From Ptychomitrium polyphyllum (taxonomy: Eukaryota), in assembly GCA_973851085.1 (NCBI GenBank), contig OZ316775.1, positions 6,696,001 to 6,760,000 of the forward strand: DNA of 64,000 nt, given 5' to 3'. The notes under the pieces were generated by a model. That model did not search any database, was not told the DNA's origin, and was given only the letters and a program-made list of their open reading frames with translations. This document shows, one piece after another, positions 13,271-25,704 of this stretch (within the stretch, counting starts at the first letter, position 1; each line of letters starts with the position of its first letter). The translations under genes and the position numbers were made by a program.

Positions 13271-16200
13271 TTACTTCCATGCATCAGCGCTCTGCACAAA
13301 AAAATGAACACTGAGCAATAGACAATACAGAAGCTATAGATGAAGCACTCGAGGTAAAATCAACATGATAATAGGTACAGCAGAGTTCGAAAGCCAATTA
13401 ACAGTGCATGACTTTTATACCTGTGTGAAGTATTGAGATGGATACTGCGCATTCGTGTACGCCTGAGCATGATGGTGCGCCTGGTGCCAATTTGAAGCGG
13501 TGGCGCTTCCATGTTCAGATTGATTTGTGAACGATTCTGTTGCTGCTTCGGCAGCAGTCCCGTTGCTTGTTGACTGGCCAAATCCCATATTAACTTCGGG
13601 TTTGGCCTTCTTTTGATCATCGTACTGAGCAGAAGGCTGATCCATAGTCATATCGTGTATAGTCAGGCCGCGACTGCTGCCCAAGATATTGATATGTCCA
13701 AGCGACTGCAAGTTTGATTGCGGTGCAGATCCGAAGAAACCAGTAGGATTAGCTTCACCGCTTGTGGGCACTTCTCGGCTGTAGCAAACCAAATCGAAAG
13801 AAAATATTAGCTTCTCGTAAAAAACAAAGATTGGTAGAACATATACTTCTCTAAACAGGTACAAGCAACAGCAATTGGAGAATCGTGTCAGTACCTGGCT
13901 AACGGTGTAGGCATTAGAGCAGAGGCAGAATTCGTCTGCTGCTCCATGAAATCTTGAAGAGTTGCCTCTCCACGCTCTGGCATAGACCATTGCAAAAATG
14001 AGGATTGTGTGCCTGCCATGCCGGCTTGCTGTTGTTGATGATGCTGCTGATGTTGCTGACGCACGGCCATCATCTGAGAAAAGGAGCAAGTCATCGTGTT
14101 AACATACCTGTGATTCTTTATAACGCTTCTTGATATTGGATAAAAACCCTTAAATAGACTCTGCACATCTCGATTTTAAGCCATACACAATCATGTCTCA
14201 TTCCCACACACGATACGTGCTTTCAGAAATGTTTTAAAACACTAATTGATCAGAGTAAACATATGGTAATGGATATTGATAGTCACCTGTTGATAACTGT
14301 TTCCCAAGAATTCGTGTTGCTGTCTCTGCATAGCGTTGGCGGCCTGATATGCACTGCTAACGTAATTCTGCAAGATCACACCGACGTTGAGGATTCATCA
14401 AACGAATCTCAGACTACTTGGGAGATACAAAGCCGGAAGAAATGGAGCGAGCTTGACATTTAAAATGAGAACCCTCATACCTTCCTTGCGCGCACTCGCT
14501 CAAGTGCCTGTTCTAATTCAGTTTCCATGTTCGCCAACTGTTGAACAGAGGTAACACTTTGAAGAAGGTGTTCATCGGCCAGATAGAGCCTAGCTCGTTG
14601 TTGCACAAGCTCTTTCTCTTGCTGTGATTTCTTTAATTCCTCTTGCAATAACTGCTCAAAGGAAACATACATGAATTCGACATTAGAATACATCTATCCA
14701 TGATAATTCTTTCATAGGTCGAGTACTTTGCAACTAATCTCTCACCAAGAGATACAGAAGTTCTGGTCCTAAACTATTTTCACTAAAATATACGCTGACT
14801 TCGATAGCACTGCAACCAGAATCAAAACTCATAGTTCTAAAGCACCGATGAAGGCACTACATTAAGCAATGTGTAACTCACCCCAACTTCGTAGCTCTTG
14901 CTGATGCAGTCACGCAACACAATAAAACACACGCCATAAGATGTTAGCTGGGACCAGATACTGCTTAGACTTACTCTCCAAAGAGCGCAGGTGACAAGGA
15001 AAGAGGGCAAACCTAACGAAGCCTAATAACTGCAAAATCCACGATAAGCAAATTGTAATCCACAAGTACTTTGAAAACATAACCTAGGTTAGAAGAAATC
15101 CTGACCTTCCTGTGAGCATTTGTTGATTGGATGCGAGGTCCTTCTCTCCAGAAAGTTTTTTCAGTGCTTTGTGCAGATACTGCAATCATTAAAAAATGAA
15201 TTAAACATCAGTGAATTGCATGGAATACTAAAGGAAGCAAAACAGATGGCGCATTTAATAACAGGGTTCATGAACTAGTGAGCTTACTGGTACTACATCA
15301 GGACTTCCGTCTTCACGCTTTCAGCGATTAAATTCAAAGAGTTAGAGTTTCAGATTGAAGAGTTTCGCTTACCTCCAAGTTTTCAATCTTTCTGAATAAT
15401 GCCGAGGCGCGCCAGAGCGGTGGAAGTACAGACATCCAAACACAAGAGTGGTTAGCAAATGTCCAGGAGCCAGAAGTAGATAGACAGTAACATGGTTCGC
15501 AAACACAAAGGTAAAATGTTCTACATCAGAAACGAAGGCACTCGATTATGTGTACCTGTTATACTTGTTCCGATCATGGATCATGTGGAAATTAGCAAAC
15601 CGCGTTAGCATATCCTCAAAACTGCAAAACCAACAAAAAGTAGTAAAACCTGCTCAGACTCCACAGCTCGTGCGCACATTGTTACCTGAACAAGTGGAGT
15701 TCTCAAACATGAAAAAATACAGCTTGATGAAACCAGCGAAATGCATACCTTTTGTTCCGTTCATGCATGGGCAAGTTCGCGAATCGACTGATGACATCTT
15801 CAATACTGTGTTACAATAAATGAACAGTTCTCAGAACTCTAAACAAAGGGAGTTGTAACGAGCAACAAGATCGAAGTTTAAACACCATGCCATCTCGATT
15901 TCCGAAAGTAGAACCAACAGCCAATGTAGGCTTGTATCTAATTGCAAAATTAAGTGCGAATATGAAAGTAATTTCTTGTAAAGGGGGGTTCTCCCAGCCC
16001 TCTAACGGAAGCGCGGCAGGTAATGCCTCACTGATGATCATGAGTTTGGGTCGTTAAAAACCTCATCACATTGTAATCAACCTTGCTATCTCTAAAAAAA
16101 GCCCGCCTCAGACCAACAAAGCTCCTCACAGTACAATGGCTTCGCTGGACAAGAATATTGAGGACAAGAACAAATCAGACAGTGCAATCAGCACGGTTTC

Positions 16201-16459
16201 GACTGAGGTAGCGTTAAGGCATCAAAATCAACCTCCGCAGATGGTGGAAAGCGCACGGTAAAGATTGAGACTCACACCTGCAGTTACTATATTGTGTGAG
16301 TTTGCCCGAGGGTGAGAACATGATCAACGCGATGTCGATATCGCAAAGAACTGACAACTCGTACGCCTTTTTAATAAGGCCATTTCGCCTCTTCGAATAT
16401 GTCACTTGTCTGTTCGTCGGATTCTCAATCTTCTTGATCTCCAACTTCACCCTTCCCAT
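13271..16459 (-). CDS. MIKC*-type MADS-box transcription factor (paralogue B), 11 coding exons
   Basis: Exons at 16278-16459 (MADS), 15749-15805, 15556-15621, 15373-15391, 15106-15179, 14882-14900, 14481-14651 (K-box), 14287-14367, 13895-14073, 13421-13778 and 13271-13291 (SADAWK*). Collinear exon by exon with paralogue A. Confidence 0.93.
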
Positions 16460-16909
16460 TTTCGCTGCCGGAAGACGAAGTCACCTCTGAACTCCCTCAA
16501 AAACTAACTCCAACGGAGTACGAACACAGCAAAGCTGCTAATTACAACTCAGCCTCCAACAACATCCTCTACAACTGAACGACACAAGCTCACTGACTCC
16601 CACGCGTCAAAAAGAGCCGCACAGGCAAGTCACCATCCGCATTGCCAAGCTACAATACACTTGACCACCGCTCCTATACTTACACCCATTTCATGGTCTT
16701 GGACCTCACAATCAACTCTACGCGACGAAACCTCAAAAAAAAGCAAGTGCAGGTCAAGAATCGAGAGAACAGAAGTATGAAGTCGCAGAAAGCAGAGCGA
16801 GAAACGCCAGTGAAGTAAGAATTCGCGTGAAGTGAAGGAGGTGAAGAGGACGGCGCTGATAAAGAGGCGAGTCAGAATGAGGATTGAGATGCCTAGGGAA
16901 GGTAAAAGA

Positions 16910-17480
16910 AAAGAGGGTGGGGGGGGGGGGTGGGTAATGCAAGTGAGACAAAGGGAGTGGCAACGTCTCGGGGGCGGAGGAGCAGCATCAGCTTGGACCG
17001 AACGCAGCTTTCGCCAATGTCGTGGGGCCACCCCCGCCCTGGCCCCGGGCCCCGCTCCTGCTCGCGCGGCTGCTCCGAGGGGCGGGCCCCCCGAGAAAAT
17101 CACCCGAGCACGGGGGCCCGGGGGCCCTTAAGGCCGAACCATCGCTGACTTGCAGATCGCGAAGCGCCGTGCGTAAGTTTTGGTCCTCGGGTGTGTACCC
17201 GTCGGAGTCTGGGGCCAGGCTGGGCCGGTGGGATGCGCGCCGTGCAGTCTCGCTGGCTGAGCTACGGTAAGCTGCGCTAGCCTGGGGTGCGCACGCCCAG
17301 TTGGGCGGGGCCCACCCGCGCGCCAAGCCGCGCATTGACTCAGCAGCACCCATGACACCCAATGCGCCTGCGTTCGCAATCAGGAGCGGAGTCCGCTGTT
17401 TTGTTCTCGGACGTGCGCCCAAGATCCCCGCGTCCGTTGTTTTGGCTTATTCCCCCCGCCATCCTCCACTCGGCCGCATC
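16910..17480. promoter_or_regulatory. GC-rich promoter island of MADS B with clustered GGGCCC/GGNCCCAC motifs
   Basis: Very high GC, repeated GGGCCC, GGGCCCAC near 17308, GTGGGGCC near 17022, G-tract at 16916-16934. Confidence 0.5.
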
Positions 17481-19576
17481 GTGTGCGCATCTCTGGAATC
17501 TCCCCTTCGCTTTCCCCCGTCTCCAGCTCACTGCGCTTCTCCTCGGCCCCCTGCTTGTCAAATTCCCTCGCTGCGTGCAATTCTTTGCTATGTCAGTAAC
17601 AGATCAGCATCATCATCATGCCAAGTAAAACAGAGCTTGCATTTTGATCACGATGTCTTGCACTAAGCAGTACTGTGGAACTGTGACGTGAAGTTTAGCA
17701 AAAGAATGTTGTTTGAATCTTATCAAATGTCGAAGAGTCATGTTTTTTGTTCAAATCCGTGTCACACTTGGTGAGGAAGACAATGAAAGCGGCTTCATAG
17801 GTAGTACGTGACGTCTGATTCTTTATACTTTTTGTGGAAGGACATATCTCTGGTCAATTACTAAACTACTGTAATGTTGTTCTAAGCAACATTGAGGCAT
17901 GTATGATTTTAAGCCTCGGTACTTTTGTGAATATGCATTGCACTATCAATGAGAAAGGGCTTGTGGAAGGAACATGGTTCTGAGAGACGGTGCATCTGCA
18001 GTTGTGCCTATTCGTTAGTTGGCTGTTTGGTCACCATGGGAAAACTACGTGGTAAGTATGGATGGTTGACTTTGATCATGTTCTCTTGAGGCTTGCACTA
18101 ATTGTGGCACAAATCAAGCATGATATGCAGTAGCATAACTGTGACTAGTGGCCCCAAGAGGACCTCGTGGTTATTCCAACTTCCCCTCAAGTTATACTTG
18201 TGATTCGTTAGGGCCGCCATACACCTTGGCCCGTGGGAGATACGACAAGAAAAAAATTCAGCTGAAGACCTCATGGGTCATGGGACAAAAGATGGTAAGA
18301 CATTAAGATATCCAAGATGGAAAACTCTTCATCTTATGAACCAACTTTTGAGTTGTCATTGCAAGAGCACTTCTAATTACAATTGATGAGACAATATTTT
18401 CCTATAATAATTATTTGTCAGGTACGTAGCTAACTCATTTTTTCATCCATCTTGAAATTGCTTTTTCCTTATGCTACTAAATAAAGTGTAAAATCTTTTG
18501 GAAGAATTTGATATTTTAACCAATCATGTTGCTATAATTATCTAAATATAGTACAAATCTCTTGTTCCATAAGTACTATGACAAGTTACAAATTAAATCC
18601 AAACCATTCTTCCATTCAATGGAAAAAATCTCCTTTGTTCTCTAATTCCTTTCATATTCTTTACCTTGCTAATATAGCTTCTAATTATACAAAAAAACTC
18701 AATTACGTAACATGTTTTCTATGTAACCAAAGTTTTTCTTCAAAATCCTTTCTATATTCTTCCAATTCAAAAATTTTAGTTTCATTTTTATTAAAAAAAA
18801 ATGAAACAAAGAAATGCATCTTATTCTTTTTTACACTAGAAATCACAAAGTAACTCTTGAAAAATGTTTTAGAATGGGTTTGAGATTCTAAAGAAGTTGA
18901 ATAAAGTTGAATAAGTTATTAATTTTATTGAAAAATTCAACTACAATAGAATGAATTGTTTGACATAGAGATATATTAATAAAAAATAATATGTTATTTT
19001 AAAATAAGAATTGGATACAAATTAGATGTTATAAAGGCGTGTAAACCTTAATCCATTAATAAAAAATTGATTTTATTTGATTGTGCCAATCATTTGATTC
19101 ATGTCCATAAAATACTTTATCCTAATGTAAGATTTAATGATACAAAGCACAATGCATTAATGTAGTTTATTTCATTCTAAAAAAAATTTATGAAAATTCT
19201 AATAATTTATTTTTACAATAATGCAAATCATATACTATACATTATATAATTTTGAATATTATACACTCTAATACCACACATTACATACATGACATAATAT
19301 GATTCACAAATAAAATAAGATGTACTCTTTTTCAAACATCTCTTGATAAATTTTATTCATTAATATTCAATAATTAATACAAAAAATATGAAATTGTATT
19401 ATCTCCATAAAATGATAATCTACATCTATATATTAATAAATTAACATACCTTCTAAAACATAGACATAAGAAGATGTACATTAGAAAGATAAATGTATAT
19501 AATTAAAAAAATCATCATGTATATTACATATACACATTTAGATTCTTACAAAAAAAAAAAAAAAGTTTATTATAGC

Positions 19577-19579
<3 letters not shown>

Positions 19580-19636
<57 letters not shown>
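19580..19636. repeat. (TA)n microsatellite
   Basis: About 28 TA units in the AT-rich block. Confidence 0.95.
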
Positions 19637-19640
<4 letters not shown>

Positions 19641-21083
19641 CATATTCACACACACATACATATAAGTGATTTTTTTAATTTTTATTTTAATTTTTATTGT
19701 TGTGTTGGAATTTTTTTGTAAAATAATTGTATTGAAATTAAATAAGAAGATATGATTTTAAATAAGAATAATATTTACATAAGTTTGTATTGTATTAGCA
19801 GTATTTTGTTTAAAGTATCATACATAAAAGAACTAACTCAATTTAAAACTTTCAAAACTATAAAGATTAAAGATATAAATATGAATAAATCATATCATAA
19901 TATGATTAAATCATAAAAAGCTAAAAGAAAGCGATTTTGTTAGAGTCTAATAGTATTCTTTAAATTAGAAATCTACAAACAAATTTTATAGAATATAAAC
20001 CAAAAGCACGTTTTTAAATTTACAGATGAATATAAATTTCAAACTTTAACTTACAAATTGAATCAATATAAACAAAAATGTTCTATAACCATCATTATTA
20101 TTTATAAAAATCATATTCAACTATCTATTATATTTTTAAGTATATAATAAATAAAATCAAAAGTGTATATCTCAGTTTTGTTTTCTTAGTTGTATTAAAT
20201 TTAATTATTGGAAAGTACCTTGATGATTAAATTTTTTTAAAATATTTACCAATTCTTATAAAAATAAAATAAACTCAACTATTTCTTCCAATAAAAACCA
20301 CATATTGTTATTTTCAAATAACGTATTAGCATAGTAATTAAAAGCTAGATCAACAAATTGTACTTGGAGTGTATATAATTATATTTTATTTTGGTCATTT
20401 TTCCTACCAAATATTCAAATATCATATTTATTGTGTTTCAAATCTTAGAAATGAGATGATAAATTGACTTTAGAGATGGTTTCCTTTTTGAACTAAGGAA
20501 ATGTAATAACAAAATGATACCTTCAAAGAGGGTGTTGAAAGGAGTATGTGGAGATCATTATCTTGGTGTGAAACAACCACACATACATATCTCAAAACAA
20601 GCAAAATTTACATGTTTAGAAACATGTTGAAGGTTCGCGTAATGAAAACAAGAATCATCATTATGAAGCGGAAACAATAATAATAATAATAATATTAATA
20701 TGTTAGAAAGATCTAGTGAACAGTGGGAGTGTTTTTGTTGCTGCTGACTCACTCTGACACCCTGTAGACGGTAATACCAGTCTGCTGCTGAGGTGCCACT
20801 AGGCATCACAGCTTCTCCCCTCGTCCTCACCTTTGCTCGATTGAGAAGTCAAATCGAGACACGTGGGACAATGGCGGCATGACAAGTGGCCTAGGTTCTG
20901 TAGCAGCTTAACCCTACAGTGTTCAACCCAAAGCCCCCACAAAGTCCTGTGAGATTTATGTAGGATGTTGCTATGTTTGTCAAAGGATTATGTAATTCCC
21001 TAACTCATGATGCAGGACTCTCATGTTAGGCGTAATCTTGCATAATCTCTCCAATGTTGGAAAGGCTGCCTGATTGCATCTCA

Positions 21084-21203
21084 TGTGAACTCAATTGTGA
21101 ACTCAATTGTGAACTCAATTGTGAACTCAATTGTGAACTCAATTGTGAACTCAATTGTGAACTCAATTGTGAACTCAATTGTGAACTCAATTGTGAACTC
21201 AAT
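21084..21203. repeat. 12-bp minisatellite (TGTGAACTCAAT)x10
   Basis: Ten perfect head-to-tail copies, no spacers. Confidence 0.95.
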
Positions 21204-22759
21204 TTAGCGGATTCATGATGGCCTTGGCAAACAAAATGATGTCAACACCATGTCAAAAAAGTGGTTTGGAATCTATCCATGGCCAGTGGCATAGTATGCA
21301 ATTTTATGTGTATATTAGTGCAAATATGTAAAAGTGATTAGAATTAGGCAAGAACAATGATAAGTTCATTGATGTACAAGGTCTGACCTGGCCATTTCAG
21401 GTGAAGATTCAACAAGGATGATCCCAACAATTCCAACAGTTACTGGTAAAATGGTGAAGCCCTATCTTATGTTTGGTTGTAGCACTACTTGAAGGGCATA
21501 TTTTGGAATTTGCACACATCAACCATGCAATAACTCATACTTTGATCTTTAATATCTTGTACATTTGTTCACCATATGAAATAAAAGATCACTTTGTTTT
21601 ATTCTATACTTCTTCTAAGCACTAAATTATTTTGGCTTATATTCTAAATCCAAATAATTTGTGTGCTACAAACATTTGAAAATTTGCTTCTTTGCACATA
21701 CTACGATCTTGTTTTGGTTGATGAAAGCACAAGATGGAATTTAAAATTTGAATTTAGTATCAAACCACAACATTAAGACACTTGTTCCAATAAGGTTTTA
21801 ACCAATTTCTAAATTAGTGTAACTTATAATTTTCTACTAATGGAAGAACTTGAAGCCTATGAACAAATCCAAATTAACACTTCATTTTATATTGAGAACT
21901 ATAATTAGAATTGATGTTGTAAGTTATGTAGATCTTAACTTGTAAGCCATTTAAATCTTAACACTTAACCAAAATCTCTCATATAGGTTGAAATTCTCAT
22001 AATTATACAATAAATTTATAAATTTAGCATCTTTATTTTATAATATATTTTAAAGCTTGTATTTTTTTTTTAAATTTGAAGAATTTAAGAAAGAAAAAAA
22101 TATATACATTTGGATAAATAAATTATATTAAGGTATAAGACTCGAACTTGTGGTAAACAACAATATAAGATTCTTCACATTTGCAAGTTCAACTTACAAC
22201 AACATTAATTTTTTTGCAAAATTGTTTCATTATCTCTTTAATGATGAACATTAAAAGTATCGTTCTATTGTTAAAACTTTTGAACTAAGTATGAAGATTT
22301 TGTATAAATTTAAGTAATTAGTGTCTTCTCATTCAAGTATTTATAGGCAATTAACTATTTTAATAACCATTTTTTTTGTATATCTACACTTTCATAGTGT
22401 ACAAGCTTTCTTGTTATATTGTATATATATATACACACATATTCAAATTAAATCACCTTAAATATATATTTTTATATTAGAATATTCATAACTTGGCGGT
22501 AGTTTTGAAAATATAAAAGGCTAATTTGTTATTTATAAACAAAATCTCAAAATGATATACCTACATCTGTATTGAATTTTGCAACATGCTCTGGCATTCA
22601 CAGGCCAATTTAATTGTTTTTGAAAAAGATTATATAAAATTCTTCCCAGAGTTTTTTTACAATTTTGACCTAAGTTTTATTTAAAAAATTCTGCACCCTT
22701 TGAATATGATTCATATGATTCATATGAAGTAAGAAACTAAAACATACGAAAACACGAGA

Positions 22760-23044
22760 TTACAGGAATTTAGTGACATGCACTGGCTTTTGGATAACAA
22801 TATCAGATGTGGTACTTTGTTCGTATAATGTGAAGGCCATGAACAAACCATACTTTTACATGTGTCCTTCAATCTTAAACTCCCAAAGTGCATCTTTTAC
22901 ATCCAAATCCAAGACAAGGGAAACCTCTGTATTGGCTTCCTTTATTTTCCACCACTTGTCTAATTTACTTGCAACGAATTCTATTAGCCAGTGCATAGTA
23001 CTAAAAGCCAACCTTTCATATTCTTATTCAATGTGAAAGCTCCA
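22760..23044 (-). pseudogene. Decayed ORF relic (TE/virus/gene fragment) with in-frame TAA stops
   Basis: One frame reads WSFHIE*EYERLAFSTMHWLIEFVASKLDKWWKIKEANTEVSLVLDLDVKDALWEFKIEGHM*KYGLFMAFTLYEQSTTSDIVIQKPVHVTKFL*. It forms a higher-GC island in AT-rich DNA. Confidence 0.4.
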
Positions 23045-25543
23045 TTTTTGTATTTGAATCTTAAAACAAAATAAAAACTCTTAAACCTGAAAATCTGAGA
23101 TACTAATAGTTGTTACACATGTAAGTGCTACAGACATGTGAATATGATGGACATATTATTTCAGTCTATGATGGATTCTGTAATGAAATGTTAGCATGAA
23201 CTTATTCTTCCTAACATTTTATTCTTGTTTGAAATTACCTTATTCTTTTTTTAAGTTTGTTCTTTTCTGTGAAATTTCAACTTCTTTGGAAGGTGAATGA
23301 ACTTCTACTACATATAAGTTTTAAGACGGCCATTTTAAAATTTGACAAGTTCTCATTAAAAGATGTCAAATTATGAATGTATTTATAACAATCTTGTATA
23401 TAAGTTAGAAGAATTTTATATTGTATTAATATAATGTGTTTTTCATTATAAAATTGGTTTTTAAAATAGAAATAACATGTGTTAAGTTGAAATTATTTGA
23501 AATTTCTAACTTCTTTTGTAAAAATAGCAATTTTATTAGCAAAATGACAAACATATAATAGGATTACAATATAGAATTATTGAATAAATCATTTGTCACA
23601 TTATTTTTCTAAAATATTTAAATAGAATTTATTCTTAAAAATATCCATTTTAAATGTTCAAGAAATTCAATTAAAAATAATGAAAAATCTCGGTTGCTAT
23701 ATTCTTGCCCTTTTGTCATGAAAAAATTAACACATTAATAGATTTTGTTGAAAATTTGAATGTCTTTCCAAAAGATTTTTAAATTTTTTTAAATTTTATA
23801 TATTTATTTTCAATTTTAGTATCTTTGTGTATTATAAGTATTCGAAGATTTGCTTATCTTAACCTAACATATTTGTTTTATTATTGATTATAAATACAAC
23901 TTGCAAAAAAAAATAAAAGTACAAATAATGATTTAGTGGTATAATAAATAATTTATAATTTTCAAAATCATACACATATTAGATGATTTTCAATATTTTT
24001 TTTTATAGAAGCTTTGTTTTTGAAGCATGTGTAACTTCAATTCACTATTATCTGCAAAAATATTGTTATAGTTTTAAAAACTAGACATGAGTATTATACA
24101 TGCAATTCCACCTTTAGCATATCAAACTTATGCCAATGTGAAACTTCTTTCATCATTCAATGATAAAAGAATTATTCACCACTTAAAAAAGTGGTTACAT
24201 GCGCAAAATGCATGTATTGAAATATGTATATTAATCAAATAGATAAAACATAAAAACATTGAAGTACATGTTTTAATGACAAATACAAACCACATGTACA
24301 ATAAGATGCATAATGTTCTTTAGCTAAGTGACTTGCATTGTAAACAAAAATATCAAAACAATACTCTATTTCTTCTTTTTTCATATTAAACTTTGCTGAG
24401 ATAAATTTCTTACAATTGTCCTTGTCCCTTTATCAAATGACCATATATAACCCAAACCAGAATTGGCATTGAATAAACCACTAACAAATCATATTTCCAT
24501 TTGGACTAGAACACAATACAAAAATGAGGCCTTAAGGAAGAAACGCTCCATTTCAAACTTAAAATCTCCATCTAAGCCAATTTAAATTAAACTAGAGTTA
24601 TGAGAAATCTACCTTAAACAATGTCAACAATTGGAGCATCCAGTGTGATGCCCTTCTGTAAAAGCAGTGCTTTCTTAGACCTGCAAAAACCCCAGTTCAC
24701 ATGCCAATATTGCATCCATCTATTTACCAGGCTCCGAACTCCAATTGGCATTCACTTTTCTCCTCCAACAAGCAACATCTTCTCCAAAATACGTTCCCAA
24801 AAAGATCTTGTTCCTCTACAACACCGAAACAACTAAAGTTGGTACACAAAATGCCAAGATGTCATCGCACTACCCTTAAAGCGCCACCTCATCCACACAA
24901 TGGTGCAAAGCAAGAGTTTTCCACAAAACTGTCCGGAATGAATGAAGTTACTTTGGGATGCGCTAATACCAGAACTTTAGAAGCTCCGTCGCCACAAAAT
25001 TGGTTAAGAAATGAGATTGCTAACAACTACAGCTTCCTTCAGCGGAACTGGCGTGGACTTCCTTCAGCCAAACAAAGCATCACACGGGATGCATATCCGA
25101 GACCTTAAATTTTCTGTAGACTTCCTAGATTTCAGACTACCAGTATACGCGAATCGTAGATATGGTCGGTTTCTGCTACAGTGACGGCTTTGGGCGTTGG
25201 GCTTAAATCCTAAGCCCTAGAGCTTTGAAGCCGAGGAGGTTGGAGCGAAAGTTTCCTTGATCGACGCTGGTGGTCACGCCGTTTGTTGGCGCGAGTTTCT
25301 TGCGCACAGTTCCAAGGTATGTGAATTCTTGTATTGAGGGTGTTTGTGATTTTCATGGTGGCGTGAGTTGCAGGGTGCTGTCTGGAGATGAGTAGTCTTT
25401 AGTGCGTTGTTGCGTTTTTGGCGGGTGGAAGAACACACCGGGAGGTTACTTGCATGGGGGAGTTTCGTGGAGCTGAGGAGGAAGGTTCATCTTTCTGGAG
25501 TGTGCTTTTAAGCGATCATGTTGCGAAGTTCGTGAAGATGGTG

Positions 25544-25590
25544 TTAGGAATTTAGGATTTAGGGTTAGGTTTAGGGTTAGGGTTGAAGGG
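25544..25590 (+). repeat. Degenerate telomere-like (TTTAGGG/TTAGGG) cluster in the 5' region of the Maf gene
   Basis: TTAGGAATTTAGGATTTAGGGTTAGGTTTAGGGTTAGGGTT. Confidence 0.75.
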
Positions 25591-25704
25591 AGTGTTATGA
25601 AGGTGAGGAGAAGGGTTGGTCTTTCTGAAGTTGAATTTGTGAGTGGCCACATTGGGAAGTTCGTGAATGTGGTGACTTCGTGATGGTAGGGGTAAAGGGG
25701 CACG

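Noticed and set aside
16630..17666. Multiple overlapping 70-157 aa ORFs
   Set aside because: Result of stop-codon scarcity in GC-rich promoter DNA; low complexity and no domains
21084..21203. CRISPR-like array
   Set aside because: Head-to-tail identical 12-mers with no spacers, no cas genes, eukaryotic context
18300..24600. Intact LTR retrotransposon in the AT-rich block
   Set aside because: No LTR pair, primer-binding site or gag/pol ORF visible; at most highly decayed remnants
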